Shown piece by piece: positions 30,540 to 43,402 of a stretch of DNA of 64,000 bases. Numbering within the stretch: position 1 is the stretch's first letter; every line of letters starts with the position of its first letter. The notes under the pieces are model-generated. The model saw nothing but the letters and a program-made list of their open reading frames with translations, did no database searches and was not told the DNA's origin. The DNA comes from the human T2T-CHM13v2.0 reference genome, Homo sapiens: NCBI RefSeq assembly GCF_009914755.1, contig NC_060943.1; one strand, 5' to 3'. The position numbers and the translations under genes are program-made.

Positions 30540-31392
30540 CAGCCTTCAAACGTCTCCTTCCTCCTGTGTCCATTATCAATGTACCGCCTCTCAGCTTCAA
30601 ATACACCCACGGAGTTAAGCTTTGTCAACAGAGGGCGCCGGAGAGTCACTGCAGGAGGGAGGGTCTCCCGGTCTGGCTTCTAGCCAGTTTGGTCCTTTCA
30701 GCTCTGGCCAGGGTGCGGGGCCACATTCAGCGAGTGCCACTGGCCGCAGCTGGCTTCCCAGTGAGGGGTTCCCTTCTTGCCAAGTCCAGCCTGCAGAAAC
30801 CTCTGTGCCACCCAGTGGGCTACAGCTGCAGTGAGACTGGACTCAGCCTTGGGGCTGATTCTCCCCTCCTTGAAGAGGAGGGGCCAATTTCTCCCTTCCA
30901 TGAGGCTTTTAACTTAGCCCTAGAGTGGCGGCTACTTCCTGTGTGTGCTTTGGTGGTATTCTTTAGTGCTCTCTTTACCGTTTCTTATTTCTGTTTATTT
31001 GTTTGTTTGTAAAGAGACAAGGTCTTGCTGTCTTGCCCACGCTAGAGAGCAGTGGTGCAATCATATAGCTCACTGCAGCCTCGAAATCCTGGGGTCAACT
31101 GATCCTCCTACCTCAGCATCCTAAATAGCTGGGACCACAGGCACGCATCACCACACCTGGCTAATTTTCAATTTTTTGTGGAGACAGGGGTCTCGCTATG
31201 TTGCCCAGGCTGGTCTCGAACTCCTGGCCTCAAGTGATCCTCCCAAAGTTCTGGGTGTGTGAGCCACGGCACCAGACCCTCTTTACCCTTAATAGTTAAT
31301 CTCCTATTAATAAGTAAGTGATTCTTTAATTAAACTTTCCTCATTCAAATGGCCATATGCTTTCTGTCTCTCGACTAGATGCTGAGTGATAT
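30540..31392 (+). mobile_element. ERVL-class LTR (LTR41-like) interrupted by an antisense Alu at ~31000-31275
   Basis: gttaagctttgtcaacagagggcgc core and an ERVL-type end ttctgtctctcgactagatgctgagtgatata; family assignment from memory. Confidence 0.5.
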
Positions 31393-31792
31393 ACCCCCCA
31401 TTCCTGGGAGTCCCCATTATCCTGCTCATCAGCCCTGAGAGTCTTAGCCCCCACTCCTTGGTGCTGGAGCTCCCATTCTCTTATCCTTAGGGGGAGGAGA
31501 GTTCTCTGCTCTTCACCCTAAGAAATGAGCCCTGGGGGTGGCTGTGTCCCAGATTTAGTCCGGGGGATTCCCACATCAGAGACTATACCCCTAGAAATCC
31601 TGATCTTCCAGTTAAGAGGGGTCCCCATATCCAATGTCCTGCCTTGGTGAGGTCTCCGTGCGTGAGACTCAGAACTCTGCTCTCTGTCCCTGCCCCTGGG
31701 ATCCCAGTCTCTCCCCTGCCCTTTGGTGCTAGTGTCTGAACCCCAAGCCCAATCCCACACATCAGTGTTCCGCTCATGATGGAACCCTAGGC

Positions 31793-31962
31793 TGCTGCTC
31801 TTGTATTCTAAAGTCTTATAGGAACCTGACCTCTTCACTTACATAGTCTACGGCTGCTTTCATGCCACAGTGGCAGAGTGAGTAGCTGGAACGAGAACCT
31901 ACAGCCTGCGAGCTTAAACATTTACCATGTAGCACATTAGAGCAAAGGCGCGCCTGTCCCTG
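31793..31962 (+). mobile_element. Second MER58A-like fragment (also ~47490 and ~63753)
   Basis: Same motifs as 29590-29761. Confidence 0.72.
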
Positions 31963-32234
31963 CCTTATACCGAGGGTCTCTGACATCCACCCTGAGAAAA
32001 CTATCTCTGAGGGTCCCCACAGCCTGGATTTTCCCTAAGGGTCCCTACCTCCCAAAGTAGGTGGCCCTGGCCCTGTGAAACCTGGTCTAGGGTTCCCCAG
32101 GTCTGCAACCTCAATCATTAGTCCTGTGCACCTCCCGCCATGGACACCCCAGTTACACTACCCGCAGCCCCAGAGTCCCCATCCTCCATCCCTAGTCCCA
32201 TCAGCCCCAGTCCCAGCCCAGCCCAGCCCAGCAC

Positions 32235-32376
32235 CTTTGTTGACGCAGCTCAGGATGCCTCCGGAGGGCTGGCACACCTGCCCCGGCTTGCAGCTGTGTT
32301 CCTGGCACACCACGACTTTACCCACATGGCACGTGCACTGCTGCCGACAGTTGTCAATGAGGACTGTCTGCTCCGG
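32235..32376 (-). CDS. FCGBP: FCGBP small Cys-rich exon (copy A), not in the ORF track
   Basis: 142 nt, cag|CCG GAG: PEQTVLIDNCRQQCTC...ILSCVNK, donor G|GTGCTG. Needed to keep phase between neighbouring exons. Confidence 0.9.
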
Positions 32377-32851
32377 CTGTGGGGAGAGAGGGAACGGCCA
32401 TCAGGGACACCACGGGTGGGAGCCGACTCTCACATCTCTGGCGTTCTGGCACAGAGGGGTTTGGCAGACATCACAGACAAGGGACATCTCTCAGCAGGAT
32501 GGCCCGTTGTCTGTGAAGCTGAGGCACAGCATGGCTTTGGGGCCATCATTCATTGGTTCATTCACTTTTCTTCATTTACTCATTCATTCCAAAATATCCA
32601 CTCAACGTCTGCTGTAGGAGAAATGGTGTGACACAGTAACTAAGGGCAGATCGCCTGGGCTTGAAGCCCGTTTCTGCTGTTTCCAAAGTGTGTGACTCTG
32701 GGCAGTTCCTTCACCTCTTTATGGCTCAGTTTCATGATCTGCAGATTGCAGATGATAGTAGCGCCTGCCTTTGGAAATATAACTGAGTTATATTCAGATA
32801 ATAACCAAGTTATATTCAGACATGTAAAATTTAGATAAAATGAAAAGGGTA

Positions 32852-33287
<436 letters not shown>

Positions 33288-34584
33288 TTAATTTTTGCAT
33301 GTTTGAACGTTTTCAGAATAAAAAGTTTTTAGATATGTAATGCATATATAAAAATATGCACACATAGCACTTAAAACGGTACCAGATACATAGTAAGCAC
33401 TATCTACACATTTTCTGTTATTATTAATATTATTTATGTGAGGAGAACAACAGAGAGAGGGTTCCACCCCTAGGAGAGCTCACAGTCCCCAAGGGAGATG
33501 GACATTAGACAAACACATGCTCCAGTCAAAGAAAAAGGACCAACGGGGACAGAGTGGGAGAGGGAAGTAGAGGGTGTTAGCAGCTGGTATAACACATGAA
33601 AATCTTGTCTTTGTGGTCAGAAAGGCTCCCTTCGTCCAGACCTGGAAGGCAAAGCCACAACTTGACCTGGGGAGTCAGGGGAGGGTTTAAAGCTTCAGAG
33701 CCCGTGGTCATATTTAGAAAGCTCTTTACCACTGCCACGTGGAGGGTGGACCAGAGGGAGCAGAGGTAGGAGCTGGGAGGGACCCAGGTGGGAGAGGACC
33801 AGCTGGACCAAGGGAGGGCCATGGGGACGGGGAAAGGAGTGGGTACAAGAGACACTGAAGAGACTGAGTGGACTAGCTGTGGTGGCTCACGCCTGTAATG
33901 CTCGCACTTTGGGAGGCCAAGGCAGGAGGATCACTTGAAGTCAGGAGTTCGAGAGCAGCCTGGCCAATATGGCAAAACTCCACCTCTACCAAAATACAAA
34001 AAATTAACCGTGTGTGGTGGCACGTGCCTGTACTCCTAGCTACTCGGGAGGCTGAGACAAGAGAATTGCTTCAACCTGGGATGCTGAGGTTGCAGTGAGC
34101 TTGAACCCGAGAGGCGGAGGTTGCACTCCAGCCTGGGCAACAGAGCAAGACTATATCTTTAAAAAAAAAAAAAAAAAAAAAGAGGCTCAGTGGGTCGGGC
34201 ATGGTGGCTCATGCCATTAATCCCAGCACTTTGGGTGGTCAAGGCAGGACGATGGCTTGAGGCCTGGAGTTCACGACCAGCCTGAGCAACATAGTGAGAC
34301 GCCCCCATCTCTATGTGTCCACAGGAAAATTAAAAATTCGCTGGGCTTGGTGGTGCGCACCTATAGTCCCAGGTACTTGGGAGGTGAGGTGAAGGATTGC
34401 TTGAGCCAAGGAATTTGGGGCTGCAGTGAACTATGATGGTACCACTGCACTCCAGCCTGGGTGACAAGAGTGAGACCCTGACTCTAAAAGAAATAAATAA
34501 GAGGCTAAGTAGACAGGCCGTGGGGCTGATGAGCAGTGGGAGGGGTGAGACCCCATATTCTGCCCCAGATGACTAGGTTCCTAC

Positions 34585-34784
34585 CTCATAGTAGACACCA
34601 TTGTGGTAGCAGCCACATTGCTGGATGGGCACGCAGGCTTGGCCGTTGTAGAGGAAGCCGGAGTCACACTGGCAGCCCTCAGCACACCCATCTGGGCACT
34701 GCAGAGGGGCACTGAGAGCCGAGCAGCCCAGGGAGCAGGTGTCCGCACAGAGCTCGTAGTGACTGTTCTGAGGGCATTCCATGG
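34585..34784 (-). CDS. FCGBP: FCGBP exon (copy A): TIL domain
   Basis: 200 nt, MECPQNSHYELC...YYE|GTAGGA. Confidence 0.95.
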
Positions 34785-34902
34785 CTGCAAGGAGGGGGTG
34801 CCGATCAGAGCCCTGGGGAGGGAGGGGCTGCAAAGCCCAGGGTCTACCCCTTCTGTGCCTCAAGCTCTCCCCTCCCTGCCCCTCCGGCTCTCCCTCACTC
34901 AC

Positions 34903-35497
34903 GACAGAAAGTTTCATTCCTCCAGGGCTCCACGTGGCCTCCAGCCGCCTGGCAAGCACTCACGTAGGCATGGATGTTGCTGCAGAGAATGCTCAGGTTC
35001 CCACCACCCAGGCAGAGATCAAAGATGCAATCTTTCAAGGGACCCTGGGGATCCACCAGCTTGTGGCAGGAGGACAGTGGCCCTGTGGGGCTGGAGAGGA
35101 GCCCACAGAACTCCTCCTTCTGATACTTCTTCTCCAGCTCGGGAGGACACTCCTCGCTGGGGATACAGCCCGCGCTCCCCGGCGGGCAGGTGGGCGGCGG
35201 CAGGCAGGGAGAGTCGGGCACCACCTCCTCCCAGGAGTTGCCGAACTCATTGGCGTTGCCTGCCTGCGAGCCATTGGGCTTCTGGAAGTCATCCTTGGGG
35301 TCGCCGTTGTAGTTCCCACACAGGCCACACATCAGCTGGTAGTAGTTTCCAGGGACGGTGACCCGCACATAGTACACAAGGTCGTAGGCCACACGCAGGC
35401 CGAAGTCGGTCTCAATCACAACATCTGAACCATGCTGGGAGGCACGGATCTGGCCGTTGGCCAGCACCACGGGCAGCTTCATGTCCACACCGTTCAC
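34903..35497 (-). CDS. FCGBP: FCGBP exon (copy A): VWD second half plus C8
   Basis: 595 nt, VNGVDMKLP...WRNETFC. Confidence 0.95.
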
Positions 35498-35651
35498 CTG
35501 GGAGGGGAAGAGAGGCAGGCCACGCTTCAGAAAGTATACTTTGAGTGAGGGTGGGACCCTAGTTCAAGCCCATGCCTGATGCTGATCTTTGTGACCTCAC
35601 CCCTTAGGCCCTCAGTTTCCTATTTATTAAATGGATATAATAACAGGGCCT

Positions 35652-36097
35652 GATAGTAGATTGAATGGTGGTCCCCAAAAGACATATTCACCCAGAATCC
35701 CATAGCGTGAGCTTACTCGGAATAAAGTTCTTTGCAGATGTAATCAGGGTAATAATCTCAACATGAGATTATCCTGGATTAAATTGGGCCTTAAATCCAA
35801 TGACTAGTATCCTTATAAGAGCCAGAAAGAAAAAGGCAAAGAGACACACAGAAAAGGCCACATGAAGATGAAGACAGGGATTAGAATGGTGTTGTCACAA
35901 GCCCAGAGAACCTGGAGTCTGCAGAGCTGGAAAGGGAAAGGAAGATCCCCCAACCAGTGTCTTTGGAGGGGGTGCAGCCCTGCCCACACCTTGATGTTGA
36001 ACTTCTGGCACCCAGGACTGTGGAACATACATTTCTAGTGTTTTAAGCCACCAAGCTCGTGGTAATTTGTTATGGCAGCCATGGGAAACGAATACAG
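35652..36097 (+). mobile_element. MLT1B-like MaLR LTR (also 51345-51790)
   Basis: gattgaatggtggtccccaaaagacatatt...ttgttatggcagccatgggaaacgaataca. Confidence 0.75.
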
Positions 36098-36667
36098 GTC
36101 TCGATGAAGTAACAAGCCTCCAGCTATCCTTTGTTTACCGCTTGCTGCAGCCATTAATAAGCAATGATCGCCCCCGGAGCCACTTGCCCGAGTTCAAACA
36201 GTTTCCCCCTTACCCTCTTTGTGACCTTGGGCAAGTGAGTCACCTCTCCCTGTTTCTGTTTCCTCATCTATCAAGTGGGAATAAGGCGTTTGCCCCATGG
36301 AACTGTTGTCAGGATCACATAAATTAGTATCTGTAAAGTGCTGAGAAACGTGGCTGGCATAGCATGCATGCTTCAGGAGCATTTGCTGTTATTAGCAGCT
36401 ATGAGTGGAGGTTTTTCTTCTGAAGAGTAAACAGAACCACAGGTTTTTGCTTTAAAGCATCAGCGAGTGGAAAGTTAGGCTAAATTCTTGGGGAAATGAA
36501 CTTAAACCTATGAGCTGAGGACCAGTGGTTTCAGTTAAAGATTTACTAGGCTCCAACAAAGCCTGGTAAATCCACCCCTGGACAGGGCACAGTGGCTCAT
36601 GTCTATAATCCCAGCACTTTGAGAGGCCAAGGCGGGAAGATCACTTGAGCCCAGGAGTTCAAGGTCA

Positions 36668-36898
<231 letters not shown>

Positions 36899-37344
36899 TT
36901 AACATGCTTTCTTACCCTTCCTTATCACAGACAGTGCACACCGGATTCTTTTGGAAATGTGAAGAATCAGAGGAGAAGGCAGGAGAAAGACATGCTCCTG
37001 GCTGAGTCTCCTAAAAAGATGGTCAACTGCCACACTTCCCAAGCAGGGCTGGGCGGTGGGTAAGGGCAACTGACTTAGCCTTGCCTCAGTTTCCTCAGCT
37101 GTAAACTGCGGGGTAATAAGAGCTCCCACATCTGTAGGGAAGCTGGGGGTTTCAGTAAGAAGCAACTAACAAGAACATCAACAACTCCTGTGTATTTAGG
37201 CGCTGTATGTCAGGGGCTATTCTAGGAGCTTGGGAAACATTAGGGAATATATTCAATTAAGTCCTGCATGTCGGCCGGGCACAGTGGCTCATGCCTCTAT
37301 TCCCAGCACTTTGGGAGGCTGAGGCCGGCAGATCACTGAGCTCA

Positions 37345-37598
<254 letters not shown>

Positions 37599-38390
37599 TC
37601 AGTAATTGATCAGCACCTTCGCCAATACTGCCACTAGAAAAACAGCTGCGTGTCTGTTTCAGTGGGATCTCAGGGGAAACCCCTCCACTGTAACTCAGAT
37701 GCCAGTCTCCACATGAGACCAAATCTTCTCAGTAAGAAAAGCACTGCAGAGCAGCACGGGGTTCAAGCTCCACCTTTGCTGGGGGACTATGGGCCAGTGA
37801 TGGGCCATCCCACTCTGAAAAATAAAGCAAGTCATAGTGCCTGCAGTCTCTGTTGCAAGCATACAGACACCATGGACGTGAAGTGCCTGGCAGCCAAAAG
37901 GTGTGCAGTCAGCTGTATAGAAACTATAGCTGCTGTTGTTGTTGTTAAGGCGGTGAGAGTGGCACCCACAGATTGTCCTCTGTCCATGAAGCTTCTCCAA
38001 ACTCGGACTTTCTCAACCTCTGATGGCACCACGTCCTGCCAATAAGTGGCAGACTAGGGAGGTGAGTAGGGCAGAATCCAGGACTGAGGTGGAGAGAGGA
38101 TGGAGTGGGAGGGAGGAGAGGGTGGGAGAAATTTGGAGAGAAAAGTCAATGCATGGAGGTAAAGAGAGGGTGGAGACTGAGGGACAGAGATGGGGGAGCA
38201 GCTCCCAAGTCCCTGATGACACCTCCCTCATTGGCTTCCCACTCGGTTCTGACTGGCATCTTCTGTCCTCAGAGACCCCAGGCCTCGCACATGCACTCTC
38301 ATCTCTTGTGCCCCCAACTCCTGGGCTGAGCGCTGCCTGTGCCCCACCTACCCACAGGCCCCTCACCCCCTGCTCCCCATCTGCTCTCAC

Positions 38391-38983
38391 CGTGACCTTC
38401 CACTGTCTCTGCTCCAGCCGCAGGGTGAAGTTTGCCACCTGGACCGTGATCACCCTGGTCACACTGACTCGCCCATTACCCCAGGCCACGTTCTCCTGCA
38501 GGACGGCAAACCGATGTAGGCCAGGCCGGGTGCCGCAGGTCTGAGCCAGCACATACACGCAGGTGCCCATGAAGTCGAAGCGGCGGCCATCGAAGGTGGT
38601 GTAGTGGGGATCTCCCGACGCCTGGCAGGTGGTAGAGCCCACGGCCACGCAGCCCAAGCTGCCACCGGATGGCCGGCAGGTCTCATGCGGGCCGCAGCTG
38701 GAGGGCTCACAGGACACCTCACCGCCCTCCCGGCAGCGGCAAAGGGAATCACACCCAGGGCCAGGGTAGAAGGTCTGGCCCAGTGGGTAGTAGCGGTCAT
38801 CGTGGAGGCAGCCACACTGGCCCACAGGTACACACGTGTCACCACTGAGCACGAAGCCAGCATCGCAGACACAGCCTTCACGGCAGGCCGACTCACAGCC
38901 CTCGGGTGCCGACAGGCTCGGGCAGCTCCCAGGACAGGAGTCACCGCAGAGCTCGTAGTGGCTGTGGGCAGGGCACTGGAAGG
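38391..38983 (-). CDS. FCGBP: FCGBP exon (A/B junction): TIL plus VWD first half, ASGDPHY
   Basis: 593 nt, FQCPAHSHY...QWKVT; GDPH at 38604-38615. Confidence 0.95.
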
Positions 38984-40553
38984 CTGTGGGGACAAGGTGG
39001 GCATCAGCCAGGTAGGTGTTTGAGTCGCAGTCTTGGGAGGCCCTGAGTGGGAAAACTGCTCAGGCCAACTTGGGCGTCTCTGGGTAGGCACATGTGATCC
39101 AGGACATCTAACTGGGGGACTCAGCGTGGGACCTGGAATGGGAGGGGACATGCCCAGGTCTCTCTGACCAAATATTTCTGAAGATCAAATGACTCTGCTT
39201 GGCTGATTTTTTTTTTTTTTTTTTTTTGAGACAGGCTCTCACTCTATCTCACCCAGGCTGGAGTGCAGAGGCGCAATCACAGCTCGCTGCAGCCTCCACC
39301 TAAACCTCAAGCAATCCTCTGGCCTCAGCCTCCCGATTAGCTGGGACTACAGGAGTAAGCCACCACATCTGGCTGATTTATTATTATTTTGTGTAGAGAT
39401 GGGGTCTCACTATGTAAGCCAGGCTTACCTGGGTGAAATGGATCACTTATATCTATTCGGGGTATGCAGGATCAGAACTGACTATGGGCATCTCAGCGTG
39501 TGAATGTGACTGGGGTGTGGGGCCACATGTATCTCAGGGTATGGCTCTGCCTGAGGGCACCCAGCTGTGGGTGTCTGACATGCAGCATCTCCCAGAGTCC
39601 TTCTGACATGGTCTGCCTAAGGCTGTGCCTGGGTGAAGTTGGCAGGATACCTGTGACCAGGAGACCTGCCTGAAGGGAACCGCCTAGGACTGTCTAACTA
39701 TGCATCTGTGTGGATCTGCCCAAGGCTATGCCAGGATCCTGTTTCTTTCTGAGTGTATCTGACCAGTCAGTATAAAATTTAAGCAGATATCACTGAAGGT
39801 ATGTGACTAATTCCATGTGACTAGGTGTATTTCAGTGTGTGCAACAGACCTGGGCCCTCTGACCAGCTGAAACTCACTAGGTCTTCCTAACAAGGGGTAC
39901 TTTGCTATGTGACAGAGGCAGGGTCAGCCATCCCAATCTACATGCCTTGGATACCTGAAAGCATGGATCACCAATCCCTAAGAGTGTCCTGGACCCCAGG
40001 TTTCTTTTCTTTCTTTTTTTTTTTCTGTTGTTTGTTGTTTGTTTGTTTTTTGTTTTGGAGATGGAATCTCTGTCACCCAGGCTGAAGGGCAGTGGCACGA
40101 TCTCGGCTCACTGCAACCTCTGCCTCCTGGGTTCAAGTGATTCTCCTGCCTCAGCCTCCTGAGTAGCTGAGATTACAGGTGCCCGCCACCACGCCCGGAT
40201 AATTTTTGTAGTTTTAGTAGAGGTGGGGTTTCACCATGTTGGCCGGGCTAGTCTCGACCTCCTGACCTCAGGTGATCCGCCCGCCTCGGCCTCCCAAATT
40301 GCTGGGATTACAGGCGTGAGCCACCGCGCCCACACTCTGACTAGGTGTTTCTAACGGACTCTCTCTCACTGCAGTACCTGACTTGGGGCATTTCAGTGTG
40401 TCAGTGCCAAGGTGTTTCCTGACAGTAGATACCGAGCTCGGGAAGGAAGGTGGCCCCTCAGCCTCATGGAGGAGGAAGGGGCTGCTGTCCTACAGTCCTG
40501 GGAAGGGCAGGGAGAGACCCTACTATGTGGACCATGCATGGAGCAGTACTCAC

Positions 40554-41097
40554 GACAGAAGTCCGGCCGCCTCCACTCGCGGAGCTGGGCCCCAGCGGCC
40601 TGACAGGCTGCCACGTAGGTGGCCACTGCAGGACAGAGGCCTCCAGGATGGCCCTGAACTTGGCAGGCGTCCAGCAAGCAGCCCTGGAAGTACTGCGCGG
40701 GCGGCACAAGGCCGTGGCAGGGCGCCAGCGGGCCGTCGGTGGCGGAGATCACGCCGCAGGCGTCCGGGCCGCCGAAGGACTCTTGCTGCTCTGGGGTGCA
40801 CGGCGACGGGCATGGCTTGGACACACATTCCCCGCAGCCCTGGGCGCCGCCCACCTGCCATCCGGCGGGCTTCCCGCCCACCGCCTTCAGGTCGTCTGCG
40901 GGGTCCTGGTTGTAGTTCCCGCATAAGCCACAGAGAGAGCCCGCGTACGCCGCCGGCACGCGCAGGCGCACGAAGCTGTCCCCGTCGAAAGCCAGCGAGA
41001 GCCCTGAGGTTGTGGTCACCACCACGTCGGCGCCGCTCAGGTGTGCGTGCAGGAGCGAGTCCAGCTGGAAGGGCAGAGTGACGAACACGCCGTCCAC
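40554..41097 (-). CDS. FCGBP: FCGBP exon (copy B), paralog of 24312-24855
   Basis: 544 nt, canonical splice sites. Confidence 0.95.
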
Positions 41098-41821
41098 CTG
41101 TGGGCAGTGGGGGAGCGGTGAACGGAGCAAACACGGGTTTGAATCCTGGCCCCACTACCTACTAGCTGTGGGACCCAGAGCATGTCACCTCCCGCTGAAA
41201 ATAATAATGAGCATCTATAGGCCGGGCCTGGTGGCAAAGCCTGCAATCCCAGGACTTTGGAAGGCCGAGATGGGAGGATCGCTTGACGCCAGAAGTTCAG
41301 ATCAGCCTGGGCAACATAGTGAGACCCCCATCTCTACAAAAAAATGAAAAATTAGCCAGCGTGGTGGCGTGTGCCTTTAGTCACAGATACTTGGGAGGTG
41401 GAGGCCAAGGCGGGAGGATCGATTCAGCCCACGAGTTCCAGGCTGCAGTGAGCCCTAATCCTGTCACTGCACTCCAGCCTGGGCAACAGAGTCAGGCTAA
41501 GAAAAGAAAGAAAGAAAGAAAGAAAAGCAAGAAAGAAAAAAAGAAAAGAAAAACAAAGAGCCTCTACTGGCTCATGTCACTGACTCCTTATCCTTCTCGA
41601 AAACAGGTACTTTTCCTAGACCAGTTTACAGAGGAATACACTAGGCTCACAGAGGAAGAAGCTGCTGTGCCAAGCCGTCAGGCTCCTAGGCGTACACTCT
41701 GACCCTTCCATCATGCCCCAGCTAAGCTGTGAAAGGTGCCCAGGGGAATGGTGAAGCCCTTACCATCTCAGGCAACCCCAGAGCTGGCACTTGCTCCTGT
41801 CTGGCCCACAGCCCTCCTCAC

Positions 41822-42438
41822 CTGTAGCTTCCGGGGCCAGCGGGCACTCAGTGTCAGGCTGTGGTTGTAGATTTGCAGGGTGACACTGCGGGTGTAGCTG
41901 ACAGCCTGGCTGCCCCGGTGCTCATTGGCTACAGTGACAGTGAAGTTCTCAGCCCCCAAGGGTGGTCCGTGGCAGGGTGCACTCAGCAGGTACTCGCAGG
42001 TGCCTTGGAAATCGAATCGGTGCCCATCCAGAGTGACGTAATGGGGGTCACCCCACGCCTGGCACTCAGCTGTGCTGACGGGCTGGCAGCCGTGCTGGCC
42101 GGATGGCAGGAGGCCACACACTTCACCCAGCCCACAGCTGGCAGGTGTGCAGACCAGCGAGCCACCCCCAGGCCCGCAGCGACACCACTGGGAGCAGGTG
42201 CCATCAGCCCAAAACTCACTGCCCGCCTCGTGGTAGGTGCCATTGGCCCAGCAGCCGCAGCCGTTGTTGAGGGGAACACAGCGGTCAGCACTTAACACGA
42301 AACCCGCGTCGCACTGGCAGCCCTCCACACAGGGGCCCTCACATACGGCTGGCGTCGTAAGGGGTGCAGGGGACGGACAGCTGGCCGGGCAGGGTGGGCC
42401 ACAGACCTCATAGTGGCTGTTTTCTGGGCAGGTGATCT
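41822..42438 (-). CDS. FCGBP: FCGBP exon (copy B), paralog of 25582-26198, GDPH
   Basis: 617 nt. Confidence 0.95.
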
Positions 42439-42828
42439 CTGTGGGCAGATGAAGGAGCAGGAAGGAGAGAAACAGAAAGAAGGGTGTTAGGGGTGGGGTC
42501 CCAGAACAGGGTGGGAGGAGACAGAGAGAGACACTAGGGAGCAGACAGAGAAAGGGGGAGACAGAAAACAAGACACAGAGAGAGGACACAGAGAAATGGG
42601 AGAGGGCGAGACACCAGGAGACCCAAGCAGAAACTGAGGGAGCTAGAGAATGAGAAACAGACAGATAGAGACAAGCAAAGCGAGGCCCAGAGACGAGCAC
42701 CAAGAAACAGAGAGACAAACAGAGAAAAAAGAAAACAAAGAGACCCAGAAGGACCAGAGTGAAACCAAACCAGCCCCGAAGAGACGGGACCCCGCCCCCA
42801 GCCCCGCCTCTGCTCCCCCAACACTCAC

Positions 42829-43402
42829 CACAGCCAACCTGTGCCCGCCAGTCTTCGATGACAACCCCAGCGGCCTGGCAGGCGGCCACGTAGGAAGCCA
42901 GAGCCTTGCAAAGAATGTCATGGTCCCCACCACCCATGCAGACGTCCAGAACACAGCCCTTGAAGAAGCTCTCAGGTGGCACATGAGCATGGCAGGTGGT
43001 GAAAGGGCCCCCTGTGCCGGGGGCCAGGGGTCCGCAGAAGCCAGGGCCCTCGTACTGCTCCAACCGGTCCTCAGGGCACGTTGGGCAGGACCCCCGACAT
43101 TCGTCCCAACACAGTGGGTCCCAGCCTGGGGCTCGCCAGCTGCCGCCCCAGATGGGTATGGAGGGAGCCAGTGTGCCATTAGGGAAGACCTGGTCATTGT
43201 TGGGGTTGCGGTCCATGTTACCGCAGAGCCCGCACACTGCGCCATGATAGCTGCTGGGGAGCGTCACGTCTACCCGCCAGTTCCAGTCATAGCTGACTTG
43301 CAGTCCAAAGTCAGCCACCAGCAGTGCCTTCGATGCACCCTGGGCCACTGAAATCCGCCCGTCGGCCACGGAGACAGGCAAGGCTGTGAGCACACCGTTC
43401 AC
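42829..43402 (-). CDS. FCGBP: FCGBP exon (copy B), paralog of 26593-27166
   Basis: 574 nt. Confidence 0.95.

Noticed and set aside
30503-31012. 169-aa plus-strand ORF open in all three copies
   Set aside because: Starts at GTG, lies within an LTR relic and ends in an Alu tail; copies are too recent for an open frame to imply selection.
41768-43402. 544-aa ORF as a standalone gene
   Set aside because: It is two FCGBP exons plus an in-frame intron, and starts at a GTG just after a splice acceptor. Kept only as a retention hypothesis.
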